Shown here in pieces: positions 48,556-58,923 of a DNA stretch of 64,000 bases. Within the stretch, counting starts at the first letter, position 1, and every line of letters begins with the position of its first letter. A program made the position numbers and the translations under genes. Source of the DNA: Fidelibacterota bacterium. GTDB lineage: Bacteria > Fidelibacterota > Fidelibacteria > Fidelibacterales > DSDE01. Below the pieces are notes generated by a model. That model saw nothing but the letters and a program-made list of their open reading frames with translations. It had not been told where the DNA came from and searched no databases. The stretch lies in assembly GCA_046735395.1 (NCBI GenBank), contig JBJKQR010000012.1, positions 160,001-224,000 of the forward strand, given 5' to 3'.

Positions 48556-50289
48556 ATGAGGAAAATTGCCTTGCTCATCATGAGCCTGGGGACTCTGCTT
48601 CAGGCCGCACCTTCTGTGAAGGTCAGCGTAGACCGGAATAGCGTCACACTGACTACAGTTTTTACACTGACCTGCGAATTTTCCGATTTCAAGGATTTTC
48701 CATCCTTTACTCCGAACCTCAACGGGGATTTCACCCTCATCAGCGGGCCGACTCAATCCACAAATTATTCGTGGGTCAATGGCGTGGCCACCTCTTCAAA
48801 AACTCTGAGCTGGAGCATTGCCGCACTGAAGCCCGGAGATCTGACCATTCCGGCCTTTGAGTTCAGAGACGGAGGGACCGTCGTTCACAGCCGTCCCATT
48901 TTGATTCACGTTTCTCAGAGCAATCGGGCTATCGTAAGCAAATCATCCACACCGTCAAATTCCGAACCTGTATTTGTCCGTACCGAGATTTCTGCGGATT
49001 CGGCGGTACCGGGACAGGTGATTTCTGTGAAATGGCGGCTTTATTACCGCAGCAAGGTCAGCAGTTTCAGTTTTGATCCCATTGCCACCCTGCCGGGTTT
49101 TCTCGTGGATAATGTGCCGCAGAAAAAAAATCCGTCCATCAGTTCCGAGGTCATTGATGGTATCAATTACAATACGGCCCTGCTGAAGGAAATATTGGTC
49201 GTTCCCACCGATACGGGCCGTTTCGTCATCCCTCCGCAGAAAGTACGGCTGGAAGTTCAGCGGCGGGCCTCGCGGCAGTCCATTTTCGATGATCCCTTCT
49301 TCAGCAGTTTCAATACGCAGTCTATGGACGTTCTGACACAGCAGGAAAGCATTTCAGTTCAGGATCTGCCGGCAAAATTACCTAAAACTTTTTCAGGTGC
49401 AGTCGGTGATTTTACTCTGAAGGCACATCTGGATACGACGGTGGTCGAGGCGGATCAGGCCGCAAATATCATCGTGGAGGTGAAAGGCCGGGGAAATCTG
49501 AAGAATTTTACCTTTCCCGCACCCGAATTTCCATCGTCCTTTCAGGCCTTTGACCCTCGCATGAGTGAGGATATATCCGTTTCGTCCGGAACCTATTCAG
49601 GCAAGAAAACCTGGGAGTTTATCTTTATTCCGACCGAGGCCGGCAGCTATACGCTGCCTGATATGAAATTTTCCTATTACAGTGTGAAGAAGAAAGCTTT
49701 CATCACCCGCAGCGTCAGTCTGCCGACTCTGACCGTAAAGGCGAATTCACGGATCGTGGAGGATATGCGAAAAGGACTGACCCATCAGGAAGTTTCGCTT
49801 CTGAATGAGGACATCCGCTATATTTTTACGTCAGAGAGCAAGCTTGTGGACGCGAAGCTGAATCCGCTGAAGGATCTGAGCCTGTGGATCCTGCCCCTAT
49901 TGGCCGTACTGGCCGCGCTGCTTCATTACGCTTATGATCTGGCATTCCGGATATTCATGAATAATCCGGTGGTGGTACGTCGGCGGAATGCTCTGAAAAA
50001 TGCCCGTAAACAGCTGAGCGGAAGCGCAGTGGATATACAGGCCCGGTCACAGGCATTTTCCGCCTTTCTTGCTGACCGGATGAATATAGGCGCCGGGGAA
50101 ATCGGTTCCGGAACACTGAGTCATCACTTCCGGAGGAAAAATGTATCTGAAGACTTACAGGCGAAGGTCTTTGATGTGCTCAGGGAGTTTGACAGGATGA
50201 AATTTTCACCCTCGGATGTGGAGGGGCCGGAGATTCTTTCCGCCGAATCCCTCCTGAGACTGATGGCTGATCTGGAGGCAGTGTTATGA
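48556..50289 (+). CDS. batD: BatD family protein
   Basis: FSGAVGDF, G.GNL, DIRYI, TM helix. Confidence 0.88.
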   Translation: MRKIALLIMSLGTLLQAAPSVKVSVDRNSVTLTTVFTLTCEFSDFKDFPSFTPNLNGDFTLISGPTQSTNYSWVNGVATSSKTLSWSIAALKPGDLTIPAFEFRDGGTVVHSRPILIHVSQSNRAIVSKSSTPSNSEPVFVRTEISADSAVPGQVISVKWRLYYRSKVSSFSFDPIATLPGFLVDNVPQKKNPSISSEVIDGINYNTALLKEILVVPTDTGRFVIPPQKVRLEVQRRASRQSIFDDPFFSSFNTQSMDVLTQQESISVQDLPAKLPKTFSGAVGDFTLKAHLDTTVVEADQAANIIVEVKGRGNLKNFTFPAPEFPSSFQAFDPRMSEDISVSSGTYSGKKTWEFIFIPTEAGSYTLPDMKFSYYSVKKKAFITRSVSLPTLTVKANSRIVEDMRKGLTHQEVSLLNEDIRYIFTSESKLVDAKLNPLKDLSLWILPLLAVLAALLHYAYDLAFRIFMNNPVVVRRRNALKNARKQLSGSAVDIQARSQAFSAFLADRMNIGAGEIGSGTLSHHFRRKNVSEDLQAKVFDVLREFDRMKFSPSDVEGPEILSAESLLRLMADLEAVL

Positions 50290-51068
50290 AAAAAGTATTC
50301 TTCCTGTTCTTTTTAATCATTCCCTTCACTCTGTCCGCCACCGAAATCCCGACCAACCGGGAACTGCAGTTCAGTAAGGCGGCAGATGCCTATGCCGCAA
50401 ATAATTTCAGCCAGGCGCTGAATATTTACCAGAATCTGCTGGCCGGCTCAGATGTCAGTTTTGAACTGTATTATGATATGGGAAACTGTTATTATCGTTT
50501 GGGTGATATGGGACATGCCGTCCTCTACTGGGAGAAGGCCAAAGGCCTGCGCCCGGGAAGCGAGGAAGTGACGCATAATCTGCAGCTGGCCGCGTTGAAA
50601 ATGCAGGACAAGGTTGTGCTGCCGAAGGGATTCATCCTGTTCGAATGGTATTGGGCCTTTCGTGAGCGGATGTCTCTGCCCTTATTTGTGTTCGTGAGCG
50701 GACTGCTCTTCAGTCTCCTGGCCGCCGCCTTCCTCATACCGAAATCACGGTTTATAGATGAACGCCTGCAAGGCCTGCTGAAGCGGTTGCTGAGAATCCC
50801 GAAGCTGCTCCTGGCATTTCTGCTGATACTTTTTATTTCTGTCAGCGTTGACAAGCTGCGCTACCGGTCCGTGAATCATTTTGCCATTGTGACAGCTCCG
50901 GAAATCAAGGTGACGGGCGAACCGAGAGACGCATCCAGTGTTCTGTTTCTGTTGCATGCCGGTTCGAAAGTGCGGATATTGAGCACCCTGGAAAACTGGA
51001 CGGAACTGAGTTATTTCGATGATAAGGTGGGTTGGGTAAAATCTGAAATGATAGAAGCGATTGAGTAA
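50286..51068 (+). CDS. batE: BatE TPR/SH3 protein
   Basis: YYDMGNCYY, HNL, LHAG.KV, GWV. Confidence 0.85.
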   Translation: MKKVFFLFFLIIPFTLSATEIPTNRELQFSKAADAYAANNFSQALNIYQNLLAGSDVSFELYYDMGNCYYRLGDMGHAVLYWEKAKGLRPGSEEVTHNLQLAALKMQDKVVLPKGFILFEWYWAFRERMSLPLFVFVSGLLFSLLAAAFLIPKSRFIDERLQGLLKRLLRIPKLLLAFLLILFISVSVDKLRYRSVNHFAIVTAPEIKVTGEPRDASSVLFLLHAGSKVRILSTLENWTELSYFDDKVGWVKSEMIEAIE

Positions 51069-51077
51069 GAGGGGTAC

Positions 51078-51560
51078 ATGAAGAATAAGATGATTGGAAT
51101 GTTAATGAGTGCAGTGCTGCTGACAGGGCTGATGGCAGCTACGGCAAGTGCGCAGGTGGAGCAGGATGAATTTCTGGATCCCATGACTCTGGATATTCCG
51201 GATGCCCTGAACATGGTGAATATTCCCTATGATCAGGATAAGGTTCCATCCCGGAACAAGGAAGAGGCGACTGCCGAAAATAATGAGGCCGATGCTCTGG
51301 CCATTCAGGGTTTTCGGGTACAGCTCATCAGCAGTCAGGATGTATCGCAGGCCGAGGCTGTCGAGATGAAGGCCATTGAATTGTTCGGTGATGATGTGTA
51401 TCTGGTTTTCGAATATCCCAATTACAAAGTCCGGGTCGGGAATTTCATCGATATCAAGGAAGCCGGTACTACGGAAAGCAAGGCCCGGCGGAACGGGTTC
51501 CCGAGGGCATGGACTGTCCCCAGCGAGATTCGGACTGAAAATCTGAACCAGAAGTACTAA
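51078..51560 (+). CDS. SPOR-domain protein
   Basis: GFRVQL, PNYKVRVGNF, GFPRAW. Confidence 0.85.
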   Translation: MKNKMIGMLMSAVLLTGLMAATASAQVEQDEFLDPMTLDIPDALNMVNIPYDQDKVPSRNKEEATAENNEADALAIQGFRVQLISSQDVSQAEAVEMKAIELFGDDVYLVFEYPNYKVRVGNFIDIKEAGTTESKARRNGFPRAWTVPSEIRTENLNQKY

Positions 51561-51580
51561 ACGCGAATTTCAGCTATTTT

Positions 51581-52696
51581 ATGAAAAAAACAGGCCTCAG
51601 TATTCTGTTCGCAGCGCTCACTTTCGGTATGATTGCGAACAGTGGTGCCGCTGTGTGCGGCCCGGAACTCCAGACAGGAATCCGGGCGTATCTGAATTAC
51701 GATTTTCATTCCGCAGATTCTCTTTTTCAGGATCTGGCGCAGCACTATCCGGGTGAGCCGCTTCCGTTGTTTTACATGCTTGTAAATGAAAATGCCGAGT
51801 ACCGGAGCCGGGGACTCTTTGAGGAAGGCGCCGATACGCTGCTGAAAAAGCTTCCCTCTGTCCTGGATGCTTTTGACAGCTGGCTGGTAACCCATCCGGA
51901 GGATGCCTCCGCCCAACTCTATTACGGGACGGCAAAAGCTCTGAAAGCGCGGATATTCATGAATCGGGGTGCCTATATCTCAGCCATGATGGAAGGGTAT
52001 CAGGCCATCCGCTCCGCAAAACGCTCTGCAGCACTTGCTCCTGATTATGCGGATACGGGACTGGCTATCGGGACATTTGATGTATTTTTATCGGTGATAC
52101 GGCAGCACTACCCGTGGATTCTGCCCTTTATGAATGAAAAGAGCTATCGGGAAAACGGTGAAACCGAGCTGACCCGAACGGCACGGCAGGGCCGCGAGGG
52201 ACGGTGGGAAGCCGCAGGATTGCTCATGATGCTGAAGCTGTATGAGGACAGGGATATGGCAGCTGGCGTTGTGATCGGAGACAGCCTGACCCGGGAATTT
52301 CCTGAAAATATGGAATACCGCAGCCTCTATGCCGAAGCTCTCATCCTGTCCGGGGATGATCAGAGAGGATCGGCCCAGCTGGACAGTATGAGAAAACGGC
52401 TGAGCGTATCCGATGATCCGGAATATATGACCTTATGGTCGCTCCGGGCCGTGTATCTTGATGGCGTTCTCGCCATGACACGCGGTGATTATCAGAAAGC
52501 GCTGCATCTGTTCAGCGAGACCTGTGAGACCTATAATTTTGAATTCGGCTGGCAGCTGGCCTGGGCCTATACCTATTCGGGCGTAATGCTTGAACGGGAG
52601 GGGGAGCTGGAAAAAGCCCGCGACATGTACCGAAAGGCCGTTGCAACCGATGAAGTCTGCAAAGCCGTGCTCATCGCCAGGCAGGCGCTGGAATAA
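51581..52696 (+). CDS. Exported TPR-repeat protein
   Basis: Signal peptide; helical repeats. Confidence 0.7.
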   Translation: MKKTGLSILFAALTFGMIANSGAAVCGPELQTGIRAYLNYDFHSADSLFQDLAQHYPGEPLPLFYMLVNENAEYRSRGLFEEGADTLLKKLPSVLDAFDSWLVTHPEDASAQLYYGTAKALKARIFMNRGAYISAMMEGYQAIRSAKRSAALAPDYADTGLAIGTFDVFLSVIRQHYPWILPFMNEKSYRENGETELTRTARQGREGRWEAAGLLMMLKLYEDRDMAAGVVIGDSLTREFPENMEYRSLYAEALILSGDDQRGSAQLDSMRKRLSVSDDPEYMTLWSLRAVYLDGVLAMTRGDYQKALHLFSETCETYNFEFGWQLAWAYTYSGVMLEREGELEKARDMYRKAVATDEVCKAVLIARQALE

Positions 52697-52712
52697 GACC
52701 CGGCGATCAGAC

Positions 52713-52783
52713 GTTCAAAAGTTCAATAGTTCAAAAGTTCAAAAGTTCAGAGGTAGAGACGCAATATATTGCGTCTCTACCTC
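52713..52783. repeat. Octamer tandem repeat plus GTAG-type REP-like palindrome
   Basis: (GTTCAAWA)x4 then the perfect 34-bp palindrome GAGGTAGAGACGCAATATATTGCGTCTCTACCTC (52750-52783). Confidence 0.85.
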
Positions 52784-52858
52784 AAATCCCCTACCCGCGG
52801 AAATAATCAGGGATAAATAAAAAGCTCCCGTTTATTAGAAACGAGAGCTGAAAAACAG

Positions 52859-52887
52859 AAAAAAAACGGGGGCTCTGCCCCCGTTTT
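52859..52887 (-). terminator. Terminator after rplI (probably bidirectional)
   Basis: AAAACGGGGGC-TCT-GCCCCCGTTTT with an A run on the left. Confidence 0.8.
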
Positions 52888-52911
52888 AAATAATAAGTTA
52901 TCAGGCCAGGA

Positions 52912-53355
52912 TTATTCCTTGACGACCCACAGTTTGACTTCGGCCTTGACCGTCTTGTAAACCTTTACGGAGACAGTGTAGATGCCGAGGGCTTTGATCG
53001 GTTCATCGATGGAAATATCGTGCTTGTCGATTTCGTAACCTTTTTCCTTCAGCAGGTCCGCTACGTTCTGATTGGTGACGGAGCCGAAGAGCTTGTCATC
53101 ATCCCCGGCAGCCACTGCCACGGTCAGAGACAGATCCTTCAGTTTGGCGGCGACGCCTTCAGCATGTTTAAGGGCAGCAGTTTCCTTCTTTTCGCCCACC
53201 TTCAGCTGTTCCTGATAGGCTTTGATGGATGTTTTGGTGGCGAAGTCGGCCAGTTTCTGCGGAATCAGATAATTGCGTCCGAATCCGTCCTTCACTTCAA
53301 CGATTTCACCTTTTTTACCGAGTTTATCAACATTTTCCTTAAGAATGACTTTCAT
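52912..53355 (-). CDS. rplI: 50S ribosomal protein L9
   Basis: MKVIL, VKDGFGRNYLIP, KLFGSV. Confidence 0.97.
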   Translation of the reverse strand: MKVILKENVDKLGKKGEIVEVKDGFGRNYLIPQKLADFATKTSIKAYQEQLKVGEKKETAALKHAEGVAAKLKDLSLTVAVAAGDDDKLFGSVTNQNVADLLKEKGYEIDKHDISIDEPIKALGIYTVSVKVYKTVKAEVKLWVVKE

Positions 53356-53368
53356 TACGGGATCCCTT

Positions 53369-53596
53369 TCATTTATCGGTTACATCGTAGGCATAAGGAA
53401 TCAGAGCGATATTTCTTGCCCGTTTGATAGCCTTGACCAGTTCCCGCTGATGCTTTGCACAGGTGCCGGTGATACGGCTGGGAATGATCTTACCCTGTTC
53501 CGTGATAAAACGTCTGATGTTCTTGTAATCCTTGTAGTCGATGCTAACTTTGTTTTCACAAAATTTGCAGACCTTTTTCTTGCTGATTAATGCCAT
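53369..53596 (-). CDS. rpsR: 30S ribosomal protein S18
   Basis: [23 protein letters not shown]. Confidence 0.97.
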   Translation of the reverse strand: MALISKKKVCKFCENKVSIDYKDYKNIRRFITEQGKIIPSRITGTCAKHQRELVKAIKRARNIALIPYAYDVTDK

Positions 53597-53608
53597 GGTT
53601 TTAATTCC

Positions 53609-54004
53609 TTAATTTTCAAAATCATTAAGAGTATCCTGATACTCCGGGTCTTCAGATTCCCGGTGAATATCAAGAAACTGTATTTTTTTCGCCTTGATTT
53701 CGATGCTGTTGTGGAAGCCGGCCCCGGAGGGGACTTTCTTGCTCTGAAGTTCTCCCGTAATGACGACAGTGGATCCTTTGCACAATCTTTCGCGGCAGCT
53801 TGTAGCCAGAGTATTCCAGGCTACGACACCGATAAAGCATGCATCTTCCTTCAGCGATCCGTTCTTGTCACGGAAGCGCTTATTGGACGCCACATGGAAA
53901 TTCACGACAGGCATTCCGCTCTGGGTTTCGCTGTAAACAGGATCCCCGGTAAGATTGCCGGCAATGATAACCAGATTGATTTCGGGAACTTTCAGATCAG
54001 GCAT
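53609..54004 (-). CDS. ssb: Single-stranded DNA-binding protein
   Basis: N.VIIAGNLT.DP, VVAW, KGS.V.I.GELQ; in the rpsF-ssb-rpsR-rplI order. Confidence 0.88.
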   Translation of the reverse strand: MPDLKVPEINLVIIAGNLTGDPVYSETQSGMPVVNFHVASNKRFRDKNGSLKEDACFIGVVAWNTLATSCRERLCKGSTVVITGELQSKKVPSGAGFHNSIEIKAKKIQFLDIHRESEDPEYQDTLNDFEN

Positions 54005-54015
54005 AAACGTTTTAC

Positions 54016-54516
54016 TCAGGCTTCCTCAGTTGTTTCGGACGCATCCTCGTCAGCGTCCTCATCGTCATCGTCGTCCTCATCAACATCGTCATCATCGTCA
54101 TCAGCGTCTTCTGCGTCTTCAGCGTCATCCTCATCGTCCGCGGGGGCAGATTCAGAAACAGCTTCGGCATTGGCAACGCGGACACTCTCTTCACTATCCT
54201 CGATCCGATCCTTTTCGATGACTTCAGGTTTTTCCTCAAGCTTGACAATGATCTGGGACAGAATATAGGACTGGATTTCCATCCATGAGGTCAATTCCCG
54301 GATGATAGCCGGTTCAGCTTCGAAATGAAACAGAACATAGGTACCCATTTTCTGCTTGTTGATGGCATAAGCCAGACGGCGTTTGCCCATATCGATTTTG
54401 TTGATCATAACTCCGTCGCGTTTGACAATCTCTGTCTCGACGGAATCAACAACGGCCTTCAGCCGATCCTGTTCATAGTTGGGATGAACAATAAAAAGCG
54501 CTTCATAGTATCTCAA
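54016..54516 (-). CDS. rpsF: 30S ribosomal protein S6 with long acidic tail
   Basis: TTG start with RBS AAGGAG; YE...I..P, GKRRLAY.I.K. Confidence 0.93.
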   Translation of the reverse strand: MRYYEALFIVHPNYEQDRLKAVVDSVETEIVKRDGVMINKIDMGKRRLAYAINKQKMGTYVLFHFEAEPAIIRELTSWMEIQSYILSQIIVKLEEKPEVIEKDRIEDSEESVRVANAEAVSESAPADDEDDAEDAEDADDDDDDVDEDDDDDEDADEDASETTEEA

Positions 54517-54538
54517 CGTAGTACTCCTTTCAAATAGA

Positions 54539-56602
54539 CTAGGATATAATCAGTGGTGCGATAACAAGTGAGACCACTGACATAAGTTTTATCAGAATAT
54601 TCAGAGACGGTCCTGCAGTATCCTTGAAAGGATCACCTACCGTATCACCGACCACGGCTGCTTTATGGGCATCACCGCCCTTGCCGCCGAACTGGCCGCT
54701 CTCAATATATTTTTTGGCGTTATCCCAGACTCCGCCGGAATTTGCCATAAAGATAGCCATCAAAACTCCGCTGACCGTCGTTCCGGCCAGAACCCCGCCG
54801 AGCATGGCCGGATCATAGAATCCAACCAGAACGGGTACGAGGATGGCGATAAGACCGGGGAATACCATTTTTTTAATGGCAGCTTCCGTGGAGATATCGA
54901 CGCATTTTTTGAAATCAGCTGCCGCCTTGCCTTCCATCAGTCCCTTGATCTCACGGAACTGACGCCGAACTTCCTCAATCATGCTGAAGGCAGCGTCTCC
55001 CACGGCTTTCATGGCGAGAGAACTGAAGAAGAAGGGAAGCATGCCACCGATGAACAGGCCCGCCATAATGGACGGATCCGTCAGATCGATGGTCTGGATG
55101 CCTGCAGTTGTTTTATACGCGGAAAAGAGAGCCAGGGCCGTCAAGGCCGCGGAACCGATGGCAAAGCCTTTTCCGATGGCCGCGGTCGTATTTCCCACTG
55201 CATCGAGGCGGTCCGTGATAGTCCGGACACCTTTTTCCAAGCCGGACATTTCAGCAATTCCGCCGGCATTGTCCGCGATGGGCCCGTAGGCGTCCACGGC
55301 GAGCTGTATGCCGATAGTGGTCAGCATGCCCAGCGCTGCCAGAGCGATTCCGTAGAGTCCGGCAGACGAGTAGGCAACCAGGATGGCCAGAGACAGGACC
55401 AGGATGGGAAGAGCCGTGCTGCTCATTCCGACGCCCAGGCCGCTGATGATATTGGTTGCGGACCCTGTCTGGCTGGCTTCGGCCACGCTGTGTGCGGGAG
55501 ATTTTGACTCAGCCGTGTAATACTCCGTCAGGATACCGATGAGGACACCGCCCACCAGTCCGGCGACGGTTGCGTAAAAGACGCCGAGGGAGGTATAGAG
55601 CGGGCCGCTTCCGAGGGAAAAGCTTCCTGAGGGAAGAAAACGGGTGATGATGAAATAGGAGACGACCAGCATCACGCCGGCGGCTCCGAATTCACCTTTG
55701 TTCAATGCTTTCTGAGGATCGGGGTTGCCTTTGCCCGTACGGACGAAAAAGGTACCCAGAATAGATATGATAATCCCGGCTGCTGCGAGAACCAGGGGCA
55801 GGACGACAAATTCGATATTGAAAATGCCTCCCACGGTGATGACAGCTCCCAGAACCATGGCTCCGACGATGGATCCCACATAGGATTCAAAAAGATCGGC
55901 TCCCATACCGGCCACATCGCCCACATTATCACCGACGTTGTCTGCGATGACGGCAGGGTTGCGGGGATCATCCTCCGGAATACCGGCTTCGACTTTACCG
56001 ACGAGATCGGCTCCCACGTCTGCAGCCTTCGTATATATACCACCGCCGACGCGGGCGAAGAGCGCAATGCTGCTGGCTCCGAGACTGAACCCGCTGATCA
56101 CGGGAAGTACAATCTGCTGAAGCGAAGCGGCATCATTGCCCAGAAATCTGGTATAGATGATGAAGAGCAGGGACAGTCCGATGATTCCCAGACCGACCAC
56201 ACTCATTCCCATGACCGAACCGCCGCCGAAGGCCACATCCAGGGCTTTGGGCAGCGAGGTCCGGGCAGCGTTTGTGGTCCGTACATTCGCGGCGGTGGCC
56301 ACGCGCATGCCGATATAGCCGGCGAGAGCGCTGCTGATGGCGCCGATTACGAACGACAGAGCGACAAGGCGGTTGCTGCCGTGGTTGCTGATAAAGAGCA
56401 GGAATGCTACGACCAGGACGAACCAGCCGAGAACTCTGTATTCACGGGTGAGAAAAGCCATCGCGCCGTCACGAATATTGCGGGCGATTGTCTTCATCGT
56501 ATCGTTACCTGCATCCAGTTTGTTTATCCATCGGGTTTTCAGAGCTGCGTACAGCAGGGCTGCGATTCCTGAAAGGGGCAGCAGCAGTAATGTCTTATTC
56601 AT
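54539..56602 (-). CDS. hppA: Membrane-bound ion-translocating pyrophosphatase (K+-dependent type)
   Basis: [45 protein letters not shown]. Confidence 0.95.
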   Translation of the reverse strand: MNKTLLLLPLSGIAALLYAALKTRWINKLDAGNDTMKTIARNIRDGAMAFLTREYRVLGWFVLVVAFLLFISNHGSNRLVALSFVIGAISSALAGYIGMRVATAANVRTTNAARTSLPKALDVAFGGGSVMGMSVVGLGIIGLSLLFIIYTRFLGNDAASLQQIVLPVISGFSLGASSIALFARVGGGIYTKAADVGADLVGKVEAGIPEDDPRNPAVIADNVGDNVGDVAGMGADLFESYVGSIVGAMVLGAVITVGGIFNIEFVVLPLVLAAAGIIISILGTFFVRTGKGNPDPQKALNKGEFGAAGVMLVVSYFIITRFLPSGSFSLGSGPLYTSLGVFYATVAGLVGGVLIGILTEYYTAESKSPAHSVAEASQTGSATNIISGLGVGMSSTALPILVLSLAILVAYSSAGLYGIALAALGMLTTIGIQLAVDAYGPIADNAGGIAEMSGLEKGVRTITDRLDAVGNTTAAIGKGFAIGSAALTALALFSAYKTTAGIQTIDLTDPSIMAGLFIGGMLPFFFSSLAMKAVGDAAFSMIEEVRRQFREIKGLMEGKAAADFKKCVDISTEAAIKKMVFPGLIAILVPVLVGFYDPAMLGGVLAGTTVSGVLMAIFMANSGGVWDNAKKYIESGQFGGKGGDAHKAAVVGDTVGDPFKDTAGPSLNILIKLMSVVSLVIAPLIIS

Positions 56603-57201
56603 GAATTCACCTCCGCCTGATTTTCATCAGGTTCGTGTTGGGGTTTGCGATTGTACAGATTCATGCAGTCGGTCAGGCCATTCTTCAGATAGTATTCGAC
56701 AGCATCGGCTCCCCGGGAAATGGTTTCCGGCAGGGTCGTCCGTTCTTCCGGATTGAATTTGGAGAGAACGAAGCTTTCCGTCGCCTGGAAATTCCGGTCA
56801 TCATTGGTGATGCCCACGCGCAGGCGGCCGATATCCCGGCTGCCGATGTGGCGGATGATACTGTCCAGTCCCTTGTGTCCGCCTGAGCTTCCGCCTGCCC
56901 GTATCCGTAAAGCGGGGTAGGGAAGATCCAGGTCGTCCATGATCACGAACAGGTCCTGCGGCGTCAGTTTGTACCAGTCCATAATGGCTCGTACCGGCTG
57001 GCCGCTGTTGTTCATGTAACTCAGGGGTTTGAAGAGGCCAAAATCCTTTTCCGTATGAATTGCCTGCATATAATCGCTTTTGCCGGATCGGAAACTGAGC
57101 CCGTAGCGAGACGCAAGTTCGTCCACGATCATGAACCCGATATTATGACGGGTCTGCTGATACCTGGGGCCGGGGTTGCCCAATCCGACAATGACTTTCA
57201 T
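56599..57201 (-). CDS. pth: Peptidyl-tRNA hydrolase
   Basis: GLGNPG..Y..TRHNIGF, YMNNSG, GGHKG. Confidence 0.96.
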   Translation of the reverse strand: MKVIVGLGNPGPRYQQTRHNIGFMIVDELASRYGLSFRSGKSDYMQAIHTEKDFGLFKPLSYMNNSGQPVRAIMDWYKLTPQDLFVIMDDLDLPYPALRIRAGGSSGGHKGLDSIIRHIGSRDIGRLRVGITNDDRNFQATESFVLSKFNPEERTTLPETISRGADAVEYYLKNGLTDCMNLYNRKPQHEPDENQAEVNS

Positions 57202-57205
57202 TGAC

Positions 57206-57817
57206 TTACTCTTCAGTGCCTTCTTCTTCAGTCGTTTCTTCAGCTCCTTCATCTTCTTCAGCCGAAGTACTGGTTCCGGCAGGAGCGCCGACCATTACCA
57301 CCATGGCATCGTGGGGATTGAGCAGTTCAACGCCCGGGAAATCCAGATCCTTGATGTAAATACCCTGACCGCGGGTCAGTTCGGAAACATCAATGGTCAG
57401 TTCATGAGGAACGTCAGAAACCTTGCATCGGATATCCAGCTCATGCATCAGGGGCTCGAGAATACCGCCTTCGCGGACTCCGATGGCTGATCCGGTGAAT
57501 TTAACCGGTACGGTGACGTGAATAGCTTCGCTCAGTTTCACACCCTGAAAATCAATGTGAAGAACGGCTTCCGTCACAGGATGAAACTGGATGTCACGGA
57601 TGAGAACCTTCTTGCTTTTTTTGTCAATGGTAATATCAATGACTTTGTTACCGGTACGAAGAACCCGGTTGAATTCCAGCGTACTGACAGTCAGCGGAAT
57701 CGGTTCTTCTCCATGATGGTAGTAAATCGCCGGAATCACTCCCTGGGCGCGCAGCTTTTTCATCTGCTCTTTCCCGGTGCTTTTCCGGACTTCGGTGTTT
57801 AATGCCTCATTTGTCAT
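57206..57817 (-). CDS. rplY: 50S ribosomal protein L25/Ctc
   Basis: IPAIYY, QFHPV...LHIDF, GVREGG. Confidence 0.94.
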   Translation of the reverse strand: MTNEALNTEVRKSTGKEQMKKLRAQGVIPAIYYHHGEEPIPLTVSTLEFNRVLRTGNKVIDITIDKKSKKVLIRDIQFHPVTEAVLHIDFQGVKLSEAIHVTVPVKFTGSAIGVREGGILEPLMHELDIRCKVSDVPHELTIDVSELTRGQGIYIKDLDFPGVELLNPHDAMVVMVGAPAGTSTSAEEDEGAEETTEEEGTEE

Positions 57818-57843
57818 TTGGATTTTTTCTCCTTGCTATGGTA

Positions 57844-58797
57844 TTAAACCTGTTTATTGAACAAAATGCTGACGGATTCGTCGTTATGAATCCGCTCGAT
57901 TGCTTCTGCAAATATATCGCTGATGGTGACCGTGCGCATCTTGGGGCAGGCTTTGTTTTCCGGCCGCTTAATGGTGTCCGTCACGAAAATCTGATCAATG
58001 ACCGAATCATTGATGCGCGGGATGGCCTCGCCCGACAGGACGGCATGTGTGAAGGCCGCGCTGACCTTGTTTGCCCCCATGTCAACCAGGCGCTGAGCCG
58101 CTGATACAAGCGTACCGGCAGTGTCGGCCATATCATCCACGATAAGGACATTTTTATTCTGAATATTACCGATGACATGCATGACTTCGGATTTGTTGTG
58201 GGCAGTCCGACGCTTGTCGATGATGGCCAGTTCCTTGTCCATGCTGTTTGCATAACTCCTGGCCAGGGGAACGGAACCCACATCGGGGGCAACAATGACC
58301 AGATCCGGATCACTCGTGATACCGGACTGAATCAGGTAATTCAGCATGGCAGGCTTGCTGTACAGATGATCGAAGGGAACCGACACATAGCCCTGAATCT
58401 GGGTGCTGTGCAGATCCATAGCAATAATTCTCTGAGCCCCGGCATTGACGATCAGGTCCATGAAAAGGCGCGCCGAAATGGGAACCCGCGGCTGGTCCTT
58501 GCGGTCCTGTCGCGCATAGCCATAATAGGGCAATACGGCTGTGATCTTGCCGGCACTGGCTCTCCGCGCCGCATCCAGAATGAGAAGCAGCTCGACAATG
58601 TTTTCATGGGGGGCATTGGTGGGCTGAATGATGAAAATATCCATACCCCGGATATTCTCCTCAAATTTACACCACAATTCACCATCGCTGAACTGCTTGA
58701 TCGTCAGCTTTCCCAGTGAAATATTTAACTTGTCGCAGATTTTTTTTGCCAATTCAGGATTAGACCTACCCGAAAAGACTTTTAATTGTCCGCTCAT
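57844..58797 (-). CDS. prs: Ribose-phosphate pyrophosphokinase
   Basis: FSDGE, PYYGYARQDRK, DLH..QIQG, VDDMADTAGT. Confidence 0.97.
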   Translation of the reverse strand: MSGQLKVFSGRSNPELAKKICDKLNISLGKLTIKQFSDGELWCKFEENIRGMDIFIIQPTNAPHENIVELLLILDAARRASAGKITAVLPYYGYARQDRKDQPRVPISARLFMDLIVNAGAQRIIAMDLHSTQIQGYVSVPFDHLYSKPAMLNYLIQSGITSDPDLVIVAPDVGSVPLARSYANSMDKELAIIDKRRTAHNKSEVMHVIGNIQNKNVLIVDDMADTAGTLVSAAQRLVDMGANKVSAAFTHAVLSGEAIPRINDSVIDQIFVTDTIKRPENKACPKMRTVTISDIFAEAIERIHNDESVSILFNKQV

Positions 58798-58845
58798 GGC
58801 TCTCCCTTTTATTTGTTATTTCTGACTTGATCTGCGAAATTAGAG

Positions 58846-58916
58846 CTCAGGGGCAGGGACTCGAACCCCGATTGACGGGACCAAAACCCGCTGTCCTGCC
58901 GTTAGACGACCCCCGA
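58846..58916 (-). tRNA. tRNA-Gln (anticodon TTG), CCA not encoded
   Basis: Minus strand TCGGGGGTCGTCTAACGGCAGGACAGCGGGTTTTGGTCCCGTCAATCGGGGTTCGAGTCCCTGCCCCTGAG folds as a cloverleaf; typical ispE-tRNAGln-prs position. Confidence 0.95.
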
Positions 58917-58923
58917 GTGAATT

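Noticed and set aside
58846..58916. tRNA-Gln as an integration site
   Set aside because: Flanked by ispE and prs in the usual order; no integrase or duplicated 3' end seen.
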